The notes below the pieces were generated by a model that was given only the letters and a program-made list of their open reading frames with translations, ran no database searches and was not told the origin of the DNA. This document shows positions 37,450 to 48,116 of a DNA stretch of 64,000 nt, in pieces. Source of the stretch: Nitrospirota bacterium (GTDB lineage: Bacteria; Nitrospirota; UBA9217). The position numbers were made by a program, and so were the translations under genes. Location: NCBI GenBank assembly GCA_029858565.1, contig JAOUEV010000007.1, positions 44,569 to 108,568 of the forward strand, in the 5' to 3' direction. Every line of letters starts with the position of its first letter. Positions within the stretch are counted from its first letter, which is position 1.

Positions 37450-40047
37450 ATGGCACGACTTGATAAATTCACTTTGAAATCCCAGGAGGCGGTGCAGGCC
37501 GCCCAGGACCTGGCAGGGAAACGCAAACATCAGCAGATGGAGGCAGAACACCTGTTGCTGGCGCTGCTCGATCAGCAGGACGGTGTTGTGCAGCCAGTGT
37601 TGAAAAAGCTTGGCGCGGACCCTGGCCGTATTCGCATCGATATTGAGGCGGCTCTGGACCGTCTGCCGCAGGTCGAGGGCCTGGTGCAGACCTATCTGTC
37701 CCCGCGGCTCGGGAAGTTGTTCGACCGGGCGGAGCAGGAGGCAGAACGGCTCAAGGACGATTATATCAGCACAGAACATCTTTTGATAGCAGCGGCGGAT
37801 GGTGACGGTGCGTGTCGTGAGATCCTGGGTCGCCATGGGGTCACGAAGGATAGGATCTTCGCCGTGCTGGTCGACATTCGCGGATCGCAGCGGGTGACCG
37901 ATCAGAATCCCGAGGATAAGTATCAGGCATTGACGAAATACGGGCGCGACCTCACCGACATGGCAAGGAGGGGCAAGCTCGACCCGGTGATCGGCAGGGA
38001 CGAGGAGATCCGGCGTGTCGTGCAGGTGCTGTCGCGCAGGACCAAGAACAATCCCGTTCTGATCGGTGAGCCGGGAGTTGGCAAGACCGCGATCGCCGAG
38101 GGGCTGGCACAGCGCGTGGTCTCCGGTGACGTCCCGGAGGGGCTCAAGAACAAGCGGGTCGTGGCCCTCGACATGGGCGCCCTGATCGCCGGTGCAAAAT
38201 ACCGCGGCGAGTTCGAGGACCGGTTAAAGGCGGTGCTGAAGGAGGTTACGGAAGCACAAGGAGATGTGATCCTGTTCATAGACGAACTGCACACGGTTGT
38301 CGGCGCCGGTGCTGCCGAGGGCTCCATGGACGCGTCGAACATGTTGAAGCCCGCGCTTGCGCGTGGTGAATTGCGCTGCGTGGGTGCGACGACACTGAAC
38401 GAGTACAGAAAATACATTGAAAAGGACCCGGCGCTTGAGCGGCGGTTCCAGCCCGTGGTGGTGCGGGAGCCTTCGATGGAGGACACGATCTCTATTCTCC
38501 GGGGGCTCAAAGAGCGTTACGAGGTCCACCACGGCGTCAAGATCAAGGACTCGGCGCTCGTGAACGCGGCGGTGCTGTCGCACCGGTATATCGCGGACCG
38601 GTTCCTGCCGGACAAGGCGATCGACCTGATCGACGAGGCAGCTTCGCGGCTCAGGATGGAGATCGACAGCATGCCGACGGAGCTTGACGAGGTTGAGCGC
38701 AGGATCCGGCGGCTCGAGATCGAGCGGGAAGCAGTGAAAAAAGAAAAGGACACTTCGTCGGCAGAACGCTTGGCAAAGATCGAGCAGGAGATCTCTAATC
38801 TCGCGGAGAAGCGAAGCGGACTCCGTGCGCAGTGGAACGCTGAAAAAGAGGGAATACAGGAGATCCGTACCACCAAGGAATCGATCGAACAGGCCAGGAA
38901 CGAGGCGGACAAGGCCGAACGCGAAGGCAATCTGGGCAAGGCTGCGGAACTTCGCTATGGGAAACTGCTCGATCTTCAAAAACGGCTGGAGGCGGGTTCC
39001 GTCCGGTTGAGCCAGGTGCAGGCAGAATGCAAGATCCTGAAGGAAGAGGTCGATGACGAGGATATCGCAGAGATCGTGTCCAAGTGGACAGGCATTCCGG
39101 TGAGCAAGATGCTGGAAGGGGAGAAGCACAAACTGCTTACTATGGAAGAACGTCTGCGTTTGCGCGTGGTCGGCCAGGATGAGGCGGTAAGCGCGGTATC
39201 CGATGCGGTCCGCCGCGCCCGGGCAGGGATCCAGGACCCGAACCGGCCAATCGGGAGCTTCATATTCATGGGACCCACAGGCGTAGGCAAGACCGAGCTT
39301 GCCCGAGCTCTGGCCGAGTTCCTCTTCGACGACGAACAGGCCATGGTGCGGATCGATATGTCAGAATACCAGGAGCGGCACACGGTATCGCGCCTCATCG
39401 GAGCGCCGCCGGGATATGTGGGCTATGACGAGGGCGGCCAGCTCACCGAAGCGGCGCGGAGGAGGCCCTATTCTGTCGTGCTGTTCGACGAGATCGAGAA
39501 GGCTCATCCCGAAGTGTTCAACGTTCTGCTTCAGCTCCTGGATGACGGGAGGCTCACCGATGGCCACGGCAGGACCGTGGACTTCAAGAACACCGTGGTG
39601 ATCATGACCTCGAATGTCGGAAGCCAGGCGATCCAGGATTACCAGCATGACGAGAATGAGATGCGCCGCAAAGTGACCGAGGCGATGCGCCAGCATTTCC
39701 GGCCGGAGTTCCTCAACCGGGTGGATGACCTGATCGTCTTTCATCCTTTGGATACGGAGATGCTGAAGCGTATCGTGGACATTCAGGTTGCCCTGGTGCA
39801 GAAGCGGCTGGCAGACCGGAAGGTCGAGATCGAACTGACGGAAACAGCCAGAGGACTGCTTGCCGAAGAGGGATTCGATCTGGTATACGGCGCACGCCCG
39901 CTCAAACGGGTGATCCAACGGGATGTTTTGAATCCCCTGGCAGCGAAGATCCTTGCCGGAGAGGTGCCGGAGGGCAGCCGGATCGTGGTGGACGCGGACG
40001 GCAGAAGGCTTGTTTTCCGGCCCTTATCGGGACGGGTCGCAGCATAG
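37450..40047 (+). CDS. clpB: Disaggregase ClpB
   Basis: Two AAA+ modules ([16 protein letters not shown]), long coiled-coil middle domain, GARPLKR. Confidence 0.97.
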   Translation: MARLDKFTLKSQEAVQAAQDLAGKRKHQQMEAEHLLLALLDQQDGVVQPVLKKLGADPGRIRIDIEAALDRLPQVEGLVQTYLSPRLGKLFDRAEQEAERLKDDYISTEHLLIAAADGDGACREILGRHGVTKDRIFAVLVDIRGSQRVTDQNPEDKYQALTKYGRDLTDMARRGKLDPVIGRDEEIRRVVQVLSRRTKNNPVLIGEPGVGKTAIAEGLAQRVVSGDVPEGLKNKRVVALDMGALIAGAKYRGEFEDRLKAVLKEVTEAQGDVILFIDELHTVVGAGAAEGSMDASNMLKPALARGELRCVGATTLNEYRKYIEKDPALERRFQPVVVREPSMEDTISILRGLKERYEVHHGVKIKDSALVNAAVLSHRYIADRFLPDKAIDLIDEAASRLRMEIDSMPTELDEVERRIRRLEIEREAVKKEKDTSSAERLAKIEQEISNLAEKRSGLRAQWNAEKEGIQEIRTTKESIEQARNEADKAEREGNLGKAAELRYGKLLDLQKRLEAGSVRLSQVQAECKILKEEVDDEDIAEIVSKWTGIPVSKMLEGEKHKLLTMEERLRLRVVGQDEAVSAVSDAVRRARAGIQDPNRPIGSFIFMGPTGVGKTELARALAEFLFDDEQAMVRIDMSEYQERHTVSRLIGAPPGYVGYDEGGQLTEAARRRPYSVVLFDEIEKAHPEVFNVLLQLLDDGRLTDGHGRTVDFKNTVVIMTSNVGSQAIQDYQHDENEMRRKVTEAMRQHFRPEFLNRVDDLIVFHPLDTEMLKRIVDIQVALVQKRLADRKVEIELTETARGLLAEEGFDLVYGARPLKRVIQRDVLNPLAAKILAGEVPEGSRIVVDADGRRLVFRPLSGRVAA

Positions 40048-40225
40048 GAGAGGCTGGATGTGCTGGGTGGGGGCGCTTCTTATCTACCGGATCACCAGGA
40101 AAGGCAAATAAAAAACAGGTATTTCCTGTTGCAAACCAGTATGTTGAGGTATAATACACCCGCTGCAACCGCTGGCTCCCTGGATAGCGCGCCGGCGGCA
40201 CGGGTCCGGTACTGACAACATCTCC

Positions 40226-41446
40226 ATGGCCAAAACACTGAAAAAAAGAACCAAGAAATCTCCAACGACCGCGAAAAAAACTGCGCCCAAACGGCGAAGT
40301 TCAAACACCGCTCCGAGAACAACAAAAAGAACGCCCGCGTTTCCCGGCGCAGCAGAGCGCGATTACAAAGCGTTGTTCCACCGCAAGCTCGCGGAAAATC
40401 ACCTTTTCTATGAAGTTGGCCGCATCATCGCGTCTGAGACCGAACCCTATGATCTTATCAAGAAGATCATCGCAGTTGTCAACAAGGAGATTCCCTTTCA
40501 GGACGCTTCGGTCTACGTGGCCAAACGCGACATGACCGGCCTTGATGCCTTTTACCACGTCGGACCGCTCTTCGAGAACCATACGCTTTCCATGCTGTAC
40601 TACGATATCGGTGCGCCCGGTACGATCGCCGCGACCGGGGAGCCGGTCTTTCTTCAAGACGCGGCCTGTTACGACGAATTCCTGCATTTCCCCGATGAAC
40701 GCAAGAAGCCCGGAAGTTACGTCGGTATCGCCCTGAAGAGCGAGAACCGTGTGATCGGCGTGATGGGATTCAGCCACGGCAGTCCCCGCTCGTTCCGTGT
40801 CGATGATCTGGATACGATCAGAACGCTTGCCCCGCTTATCTCCGCGGGCTTTGAAAAGGCGGAACTCTTCAGGAAAACGCTGGAGCTGTCCCGCGTGGAC
40901 GAACTGACGGGTCTGCTGAACTATCGGGTGCTCATGGAGAAAATGACGGAAGAACACCGGAGGAAGATCCGGACCGGCCGGGATTTCTCCTTTATCATGG
41001 TCGATATCGACGATTTCAAACGGGTGAACGACCGGTACGGACATCTCGAAGGGAGCAGGCTGATCGCCCAGATGGGGCCGCTGCTCAAGTCTGCATGCCG
41101 TACCGACAGCACGGACATCTGCTTCCGGTACGGCGGCGAGGAGTTTTCCGTTCTGCTCACCGAGACGACGATGGCCGAGGCCGAGGCTGTTGCGGATCGG
41201 CTCCGGGCCGCTGTCGAGGAATATCCCTTCACGCTCAAGCTGAGCCATCCCCAGGAGAAGGTCACGGTCAGTCTCGGCGTGGCATGCATGTCCGGTGATA
41301 ATCCCAAGACCATCACCGAACTTATCAACGAGGCCGACATGGCACTCTACCAATCGAAGGCAGCTGGAAAGAACAAGGTCACGAGCTACAGCGTCGGATG
41401 CACCATGCCTGCTGCTGCGCACAGGGACCACCGGGGGCTTCCCTAA
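40226..41446 (+). CDS. GAF-GGDEF diguanylate cyclase with Lys-rich N-terminal tail
   Basis: DELTGL, DIDDFK..ND.YGH, RYGGEEF, ADMALY..K..GKN. Confidence 0.92.
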   Translation: MAKTLKKRTKKSPTTAKKTAPKRRSSNTAPRTTKRTPAFPGAAERDYKALFHRKLAENHLFYEVGRIIASETEPYDLIKKIIAVVNKEIPFQDASVYVAKRDMTGLDAFYHVGPLFENHTLSMLYYDIGAPGTIAATGEPVFLQDAACYDEFLHFPDERKKPGSYVGIALKSENRVIGVMGFSHGSPRSFRVDDLDTIRTLAPLISAGFEKAELFRKTLELSRVDELTGLLNYRVLMEKMTEEHRRKIRTGRDFSFIMVDIDDFKRVNDRYGHLEGSRLIAQMGPLLKSACRTDSTDICFRYGGEEFSVLLTETTMAEAEAVADRLRAAVEEYPFTLKLSHPQEKVTVSLGVACMSGDNPKTITELINEADMALYQSKAAGKNKVTSYSVGCTMPAAAHRDHRGLP

Positions 41447-41450
41447 CTAT

Positions 41451-41630
41451 TCAGAAACAGCCAAGCTGGCAAGCCGAGATCTTGATCTTCAACTCGTTGC
41501 ATACCGCGCCTATCTCTCCCAGCCCGACGCCAAGTTCTTCCGCAAGCCCGTGAGCCGCCTCGCAGCTCAGCCGGTCGTTCACCACGGCTTTCCTGACCGC
41601 ATCGATGATCCGTTCCTTGTGGGTCTGCAC
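41451..41630 (-). CDS. 59-aa Cys-containing protein ending CQLGCF (not in ORF track)
   Basis: GTG start with GGAGG RBS; MQTHKERIIDAVRKAVVNDRLSCEAAHGLAEELGVGLGEIGAVCNELKIKISACQLGCF*. Confidence 0.8.
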   Translation of the reverse strand: MQTHKERIIDAVRKAVVNDRLSCEAAHGLAEELGVGLGEIGAVCNELKIKISACQLGCF

Positions 41631-41832
41631 CGTTCTCTACCTCCAGCTGCTGGATAAGACATCTTACCCGCCTTCTGGCAACCGGGCAACCGAAGAATCC
41701 CTTCCCGGGCCGCCATGGGGAGGACTTTACAGGGAAATAAAAATAAAATCAATTCTTGACAAATAGGCTGCCATCGAAAATAATGAAGGCTCCCCGGCAG
41801 ACCGAAAATCCGGGAAGGAGAAAGGTCCTCCT

Positions 41833-43290
41833 ATGAGCAGAAACATTCAAAAAGTCCTTATCGCGAACCGCGGCGTGCCTGCGGTCAGGATCATGCATAC
41901 CTGCAGGGACCGCAGGATCCCTACCACGGCGGTGTACAGTACGCCGGACCGACTGGCGCACCATGTGTTCATGGCCGATGAGGCCGTGCATATCGGCGAG
42001 GCTCCTCCGATCGAGTCCTACCTCAACATGGACAAGATGATCGACGCCGCGCTCCGGAGCAAGTCAGACGCGATCCATCCCGGCTGGGGTTTCCTGGCCG
42101 AGAACGCCGGGTTCGCCCAGAAGGTGATCGACGCGGGGCTGACCTGGATCGGCCCGTCGCCCAAGGTCATCAACATGCTTGGGGACAAGATCGAGGCCAA
42201 GGCGCTTGCCCGGAAGGCCAACGTTCCGACGATCCCGGGTATTGACGCGGTAACGGACATCGCCCAGATCAAAACCTGGATGAAAAAAGACGACGTGGCC
42301 TATCCGATCATGATCAAGGCATCGGCGGGCGGCGGCGGCAAGGGAATGGTGAAGGTCGAGAACGATGACCAGCTGGCCCAGGGCCTGGCCCAGGCGAAAT
42401 CAGAGGCGAAAAAGTCCTTTGGCGACGATACGATCCTGGTCGAGAAGTATATCGAACGGGGACGGCACATCGAGGTCCAGATCGTGGCGGACGGGCACGG
42501 GAATGTGGTGCATCTCTACGAGCGGGAATGCACGCTCCAGCGCAGGAACCAGAAAATCATCGAGGAAGCCCCGTCGCCGACCCTTGACGAGGGACTGCGG
42601 CAGGAGATCTGTTTTACCGCCACGCGGCTCATGCGTGAGATCGGCTATACCACCGCCGGAACCGTTGAGTATATCTTCGATTCTGCGACCCGCAAGTTCT
42701 ACTTCCTCGAAGTGAACACCCGGCTCCAGGTGGAGCACGGGATCAGCGAGCTGATCACGGGCCTCGACATCGTGAGCATCATGCTCGACACGGCCATGGG
42801 CAAGAAGCTGCCCTTCAGCCAGTCCGATATCCGGCCGAACCGGTGGGCCCTTGAGGTCCGCCTGAACGCCGAGGACCCCCGTACCTTCAGTCCTTCCTTC
42901 GGTACCATCAGCAGGCTGCAGGTCCCCATGGGCCCCGGCGTCCGCGTATCGTCGGGCGCCTACGAAGGCGGGGACATCCCGCCTTACTATGATTCACTCT
43001 TCATGCTGCTCATGACCGCGGGCGCGGACCGCGAGGACGCGATCCGCGTAATGGACCGTTCCATCAGCAGGAACCTCCGCGTTGAGGGCGTCAAGACGCT
43101 CTCGCCGCTGCTCCTGGCCATCATCCGGCATCCCCAGTTCATTGCCGGCGAGTTCTCCACGCGGTTCATCGAGGAGCATATGGACGAACTGGTATCCATG
43201 TTCCCGGAGAAGAACGCCGAGGACGAGGTGCTCAAGATCGCGCGCTACGTGGCCGAGATCTCGGCGCTGGGGCCGCAGAAGTGGATGTAG
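41833..43290 (+). CDS. Biotin carboxylase subunit (pyruvate carboxylase subunit A-like)
   Basis: KVLIANRG, HPGWGFLAEN, GGGGKGM, ERECTLQRRNQK, EVNTRLQVEH, YYDS. Confidence 0.93.
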   Translation: MSRNIQKVLIANRGVPAVRIMHTCRDRRIPTTAVYSTPDRLAHHVFMADEAVHIGEAPPIESYLNMDKMIDAALRSKSDAIHPGWGFLAENAGFAQKVIDAGLTWIGPSPKVINMLGDKIEAKALARKANVPTIPGIDAVTDIAQIKTWMKKDDVAYPIMIKASAGGGGKGMVKVENDDQLAQGLAQAKSEAKKSFGDDTILVEKYIERGRHIEVQIVADGHGNVVHLYERECTLQRRNQKIIEEAPSPTLDEGLRQEICFTATRLMREIGYTTAGTVEYIFDSATRKFYFLEVNTRLQVEHGISELITGLDIVSIMLDTAMGKKLPFSQSDIRPNRWALEVRLNAEDPRTFSPSFGTISRLQVPMGPGVRVSSGAYEGGDIPPYYDSLFMLLMTAGADREDAIRVMDRSISRNLRVEGVKTLSPLLLAIIRHPQFIAGEFSTRFIEEHMDELVSMFPEKNAEDEVLKIARYVAEISALGPQKWM

Positions 43291-43296
43291 TACAGT

Positions 43297-43893
43297 ATGA
43301 AAGAGATCATCCAGCTCCTGAACAACAACAAGGAATGGGCCCGGCGGGTCGAGATCGAGACCCCAGGGTTCTTCACGAAGCTCAAGAAGCAGCAGCGGCC
43401 CAAGTATCTCTGGATCGGCTGCTCGGACAGCCGCGTACCTGCGAACCAGATCACGGGGCTGCTGCCGGGGGATGTGTTCGTGCACCGGAACATCTCCAAT
43501 CAGGTCATCAACACCGACATGAACCTGATGTGCGTGCTCCAGTACGCCGTCGATGTCCTGAAGGTCAAGCACATCATCGTGTGCGGTCACTACGGCTGCG
43601 GCGGCATCGCCGCGGTCAAGCGGAACGCCACCTCGGGTATGCTGGAGCACTGGCTTGAGAATGTGCGGGTATCCGTGCGGAAGCATAAGCGGATCACTCT
43701 TAACGAGATGTGCGAATTGAACGTGAAGCGGCAGGTCGAGAACCTGGCGCACAATACGATCGTGCAGAAGGCATGGGAGCGGGGCAGGAAGCTCTATATC
43801 CACGGCTGGATCTACGCGATCTCCGACGGGCTCATCAAGGACCTGAAGGTCACCCAGTCGGGCGCTCACGCGAGGAAACATCACAGAAGCTAG
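43297..43893 (+). CDS. can: Beta-class carbonic anhydrase
   Basis: WIGCSDSRVP, FVHRNI.N, CGHYGCGG. Confidence 0.93.
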   Translation: MKEIIQLLNNNKEWARRVEIETPGFFTKLKKQQRPKYLWIGCSDSRVPANQITGLLPGDVFVHRNISNQVINTDMNLMCVLQYAVDVLKVKHIIVCGHYGCGGIAAVKRNATSGMLEHWLENVRVSVRKHKRITLNEMCELNVKRQVENLAHNTIVQKAWERGRKLYIHGWIYAISDGLIKDLKVTQSGAHARKHHRS

Positions 43894-43911
43894 GAACAGG
43901 GGACACTCAGC

Positions 43912-45978
43912 ATGAACGACCCAGTATTCGTCAGGCCGGGAATGACAGCCCGGGACATTGTGAAGGCGGTCCGCTCCCTGAAGGGCGTCTGCCTCACCTC
44001 CGTGGGCATGCGTGACGCGGGCCAGTCGGATTTCAAGAACCGGCACCGGATCCACGATCTCAAGACCCTCGCGCCTCACTACAATGCCATGGGCCTGTTC
44101 AGCGCCGAGACCCATGGCGGCGCACGGTGGCATGTGGGCATCATGAACCGGCGGGAGAGCCCCTTTGAGGAAGGTGCGATCCTGCGCGAGTTGATGCCGA
44201 ATGTGCTGCAGCAGACGCTCATCCGTGAGACCAATCTCTTCGGGTACCGGCCTTATCCCAAGAACGTGATCGAGTACGTGGTGTCCCGCGTGGACATTGA
44301 CGTGTGGCGGTGCTTCTCTTTCCTGAACGACGTGCGGAACATGCGCGCCGTCGCCGAAGTGGTGATGAAGCGGGGCCGTTTGTTCGAGCCGACCATCTCG
44401 TTCACGGTCGCGGACTGGACCACGAATGCCTACTACCTCGGCGTGGTGAAGGACATTGTGTCGCTCTGCGGCGGGACGGATGAGATCGTGCTCTGCGTCA
44501 AGGACATGGCCGGCGTGGGCGATGTGACGCGCATCGGCAACCTGATCGACGCGATCAAGCAGGCCTATCCCGATCTCGTGATCAACTATCACCGGCACAT
44601 CACCGACGGCCTGGCGATCCCGGCGTTCCTGTCGGCCGCCAGGGGCGGAGCGAATATCTTCGACGTGGAAGAGGACTCGCTTGTCCGGTTCTACGGCCAC
44701 TCTCCGATCCTTGCGGTGCAGGCGATCTTCCAGGAGTCGGGCATTCCCGTGCATCTCGACCGGGATCAGGCGGAAGCAGCGGTCCAGAAGGTCCGGGAAT
44801 GGATCAACCATTATGATTGGGCCGAGTCGCCTTTCAAAGGTTTGGATCACAACGTGACGCTGCACAAGATGCCGGGAGGCGCGTTCCCGAGCTCCTTTGA
44901 GCAGGCGGACAAGGGCGAGTTCCTGCACCTCATGCCTTCGATCCTGAAGGTCATGTCGCTCTACAACCGGATCGTGAAGTATTTCGACGTGACGCCGGGC
45001 TCGCAGATCACCTGGGTGACCTGCAGCGGGATCGTGAACCGCTACGCAAAGGAGCGGGGCGATGCGGGAGTCGCCCACATCATCCGTCTGATCGAAAAGT
45101 TCGTGATCGAAAAGAAGCAGGATATGAACGCCATGGACGCGGCCGAGCAGGAAGAGCTGCAGCAGCTCTTCCGCACGGCGCCGGGAGACTTCAAGAACCT
45201 GCTGCTGGGCAATTACGGAAAGCTGCCGGTCGGCTGGCCCGCCGACTGGGTCTATCAGAGCACCTTCGGCGACGAGTGGCAGGCGAAGCTCAGGGACCGG
45301 AAGGAAACGTCTCCCCTGGAGTCCGTGGCTAGCGACGATCTCGGGAAGATCCGCAGCGAGCTCGATATCGCGATCGGCCGCGTATCCACGGAGGAGGAGT
45401 TCATCCTCTACCTCATGCATCCCAAGGATGCGCTGGAGTACATCGATTTCCGGGGCAAGTACGGCGAAGCTTCGATCGTATTGCCGACCGATGTGTGGCG
45501 CATGGGCCTCCGGAAGCCCGGCGACAAGGTGGACTTCGAGCTTTGGGGCAAACCCTATTCGATCGAACTCGTGTCCGTCGGCGCCGAGCACGAGGGCATC
45601 ATCCACGTGGTGATGCGCATGAACAACAAGACCCGGGTCTACGAGGTCCTGACGCCGCGGGCCAAGAAGGCCGAGATCCGCATGGCCAAGGGGCCGAGCG
45701 ACATCGGAGCGCCGATCAACGGCAACCTCTGGCGGATCGGCAATCCGGCGCGCGGCCCGGTCAAGGCGGGCGACATCGTGCACAAGGGCGAGGAGATGGC
45801 GAACCTCGAGGCCATGAAGATGGAGAATGCGATCCTGGCGCCGTTCGACGGACAGATCACCGAGGTCTGCGTGAAGTTGAACGAGACGGTCCAGGAAGGC
45901 CAGCTGCTCTTTGTCCTCGAAAAAGTAAAAACCCAGCAGAACGGGGTCACGCCGCTGGAGCTGACCCATCCGACATAA
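43912..45978 (+). CDS. Carboxyltransferase-biotin carrier subunit (pyruvate carboxylase subunit B-like)
   Basis: RDAGQS, KDMAG, HxH, MPGG, VTPGSQ and the EAMKM biotinyl-Lys motif. Confidence 0.88.
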   Translation: MNDPVFVRPGMTARDIVKAVRSLKGVCLTSVGMRDAGQSDFKNRHRIHDLKTLAPHYNAMGLFSAETHGGARWHVGIMNRRESPFEEGAILRELMPNVLQQTLIRETNLFGYRPYPKNVIEYVVSRVDIDVWRCFSFLNDVRNMRAVAEVVMKRGRLFEPTISFTVADWTTNAYYLGVVKDIVSLCGGTDEIVLCVKDMAGVGDVTRIGNLIDAIKQAYPDLVINYHRHITDGLAIPAFLSAARGGANIFDVEEDSLVRFYGHSPILAVQAIFQESGIPVHLDRDQAEAAVQKVREWINHYDWAESPFKGLDHNVTLHKMPGGAFPSSFEQADKGEFLHLMPSILKVMSLYNRIVKYFDVTPGSQITWVTCSGIVNRYAKERGDAGVAHIIRLIEKFVIEKKQDMNAMDAAEQEELQQLFRTAPGDFKNLLLGNYGKLPVGWPADWVYQSTFGDEWQAKLRDRKETSPLESVASDDLGKIRSELDIAIGRVSTEEEFILYLMHPKDALEYIDFRGKYGEASIVLPTDVWRMGLRKPGDKVDFELWGKPYSIELVSVGAEHEGIIHVVMRMNNKTRVYEVLTPRAKKAEIRMAKGPSDIGAPINGNLWRIGNPARGPVKAGDIVHKGEEMANLEAMKMENAILAPFDGQITEVCVKLNETVQEGQLLFVLEKVKTQQNGVTPLELTHPT

Positions 45979-46001
45979 GTTCGCCAGACAACGACGACAG
46001 G

Positions 46002-46045
46002 AAAAGGCCGGAGCGGTCGATCAAACTGCTCCGGCCTTTTTTTTT
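46002..46045 (+). terminator. Rho-independent terminator
   Basis: AAAAGGCCGGAGCGGT-loop-ACTGCTCCGGCCTTTTTTTTT. Confidence 0.9.
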
Positions 46046-46186
46046 CAGCAGACGGTAGTCACAACCGGCATCCCTGCGAAAAGGCGCTTTATTTATTCCG
46101 ATCAATGTTGGATAATGGCGGCATTACGGTGCCGGGCCGGTTCTGTGATGACGACAGCAGACGGATCACGGTTGAAGGAGGGAAGT

Positions 46187-47974
46187 ATGGCAAACGGTTC
46201 GAAGCACCCGAAGCTGAACGCATGGGTACGGGAAGTCGCCGATCTCTGCACTCCCGACACGGTGGTCTGGTGTGATGGATCAAGAGGAGAGTATGACCGG
46301 ATGATGGCGCTGCTCAAGGAGCGCGGCATGGCAATGCCGCTCAAGAAGCGGCCGAACAGCTTTCTCTTCCGCACTGACCCGAGTGACGTGGCCCGGGTCG
46401 AGGACCGGACCTACATAAGCACCTCCTCGCAGGACGAGGCAGGCCCCACGAACAACTGGGAACATCCCGAAACGCTGAAAAAAACCATGCGGGGGCTGTA
46501 CCAGGGCTGCATGAAGGGTCGCACCATGTACGTTATCCCCTTTTCCATGGGGCCCATCGGGTCGCCGATCGCCAAGATCGGGGTCGAGCTGACCGACAGC
46601 CCTTACGTGGTCTGCAACATGCACATCATGACCCGGGTGAGCACCAAGGTGCTGGAGGTGCTGGGCGACACGGGAGAGTTCATTCCCTGTTTGCATTCGA
46701 TCGGCGCACCGCTTGAACGGGGGCAGAAGGACAGCGCCTGGCCCTGCGCGCCGATCGAGAAGAAGTACATCAGCCATTTCCCCGAGGAAAACCTGATCTG
46801 GTCCTATGGCTCCGGCTACGGCGGGAACGCATTGCTCGGCAAGAAGTGCCTTGCGCTCCGCATTGCATCGAACATCGCCCGCCGGGAAGGCTGGATGGCG
46901 GAGCACATGCTGATCCTGAGACTTACGAGCCCCGAGGGCAAGCGCTACCATATTGCCGCAGCATTCCCCTCTGCCTGCGGCAAGACGAACCTGGCCATGA
47001 TGCAGCCGTCGATCAAGGGGTGGAAATGCGAGTGTGTCGGCGACGATATCGCCTGGATGAAGATCCGGACCGATGACAGGCTCCACGCGATCAATCCCGA
47101 GGCCGGGTTCTTTGGTGTCGCGCCCGGCACCTCCTACGGTACCAATCCCATGGCCATGGACACGCTGAAAGAAAACGTCATCTTCACCAACTGCGCGCTT
47201 ACGGACGACGGTGACGTGTGGTGGGAAGGCATGACCGATGACAATCCGAAGCATGTTGTCGACTGGAGAGGACGGGACTGGACACCGTCATCCAGGGACG
47301 ACGCGGCCCATGCCAACGCGCGCTTTACCGCGCCTGCCAGCCAGTGCCCGGTGATCTGCAAGGATTGGGAGAATCCCGAGGGCGTACCGATCGACATCTT
47401 CATCTTCGGCGGCCGCAGGACCAGTGTGGTCCCGCTCGTGACCGAAGCCTATTCCTGGGACCACGGCGTGTTCATGGGCGCCACCGCGGCTTCGGAAACC
47501 ACGGCTGCGAACATCGGCGCAATGGGCAACCTCAGGCGCGATCCCTTTGCCATGAAGCCTTTTTGCGGATACCACATGGGCGACTACTTCACCCACTGGT
47601 TCACCATGGGCGACACCATGGGCCGCAAAGCCCCGAAGATCTTCTACGTGAACTGGTTCCGGAAGAGCAGCAGCGGCAAGTTCCTCTGGCCGGGTTTCAG
47701 CGACAACAGCCGGGTGCTCAAGTGGATGTGCCGGCGCGTGGACGGGAAGGTCGGGGCAGTTGAGACACCCATCGGCCTCATGCCCAAGGAAGGGGACTTG
47801 GACCTCTCCGGACTCGATATCCCTGCGGAGAACATGAAGGAGCTTATGTCCATCGACCTCACTGCGTGGAAGAACGAGATCCCGGATATCGAGAAGCACT
47901 TCGCGACCTTCGGGAACCGGCTGCCGGAGCGGTTGACAAAGCAGCTCGCGGAGATGAAGAGGCGGATGGGGTAA
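46187..47974 (+). CDS. pckG: Phosphoenolpyruvate carboxykinase (GTP)
   Basis: [57 protein letters not shown]. Confidence 0.96.
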   Translation: MANGSKHPKLNAWVREVADLCTPDTVVWCDGSRGEYDRMMALLKERGMAMPLKKRPNSFLFRTDPSDVARVEDRTYISTSSQDEAGPTNNWEHPETLKKTMRGLYQGCMKGRTMYVIPFSMGPIGSPIAKIGVELTDSPYVVCNMHIMTRVSTKVLEVLGDTGEFIPCLHSIGAPLERGQKDSAWPCAPIEKKYISHFPEENLIWSYGSGYGGNALLGKKCLALRIASNIARREGWMAEHMLILRLTSPEGKRYHIAAAFPSACGKTNLAMMQPSIKGWKCECVGDDIAWMKIRTDDRLHAINPEAGFFGVAPGTSYGTNPMAMDTLKENVIFTNCALTDDGDVWWEGMTDDNPKHVVDWRGRDWTPSSRDDAAHANARFTAPASQCPVICKDWENPEGVPIDIFIFGGRRTSVVPLVTEAYSWDHGVFMGATAASETTAANIGAMGNLRRDPFAMKPFCGYHMGDYFTHWFTMGDTMGRKAPKIFYVNWFRKSSSGKFLWPGFSDNSRVLKWMCRRVDGKVGAVETPIGLMPKEGDLDLSGLDIPAENMKELMSIDLTAWKNEIPDIEKHFATFGNRLPERLTKQLAEMKRRMG

Positions 47975-47981
47975 CCGGGAA

Positions 47982-48075
47982 CACCCACCTCCCCTGACCC
48001 CTCCTTGCCAAGGAGGGGGATTCTGTTCCTGCTCTTGAGCAGCGTTATCTTCCTTCTTGGCAAGGGGGGTGGGTT
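47982..48075. repeat. REP-like palindromic pair
   Basis: CCCCTCCTTGCCAAGGAGGGG followed by a degenerate inverted copy TTCCTTCTTGGCAAGGGGGG. Confidence 0.6.
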
Positions 48076-48116
48076 CGTCGGATACAATTGGATATAATTA
48101 TGAGGAAATCAAACTC

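Noticed and set aside
42994-45969. 991-aa minus-strand ORF
   Set aside because: Antisense shadow of the carboxylase and carbonic anhydrase genes; expected with GC-rich codon bias; no recognisable motifs.
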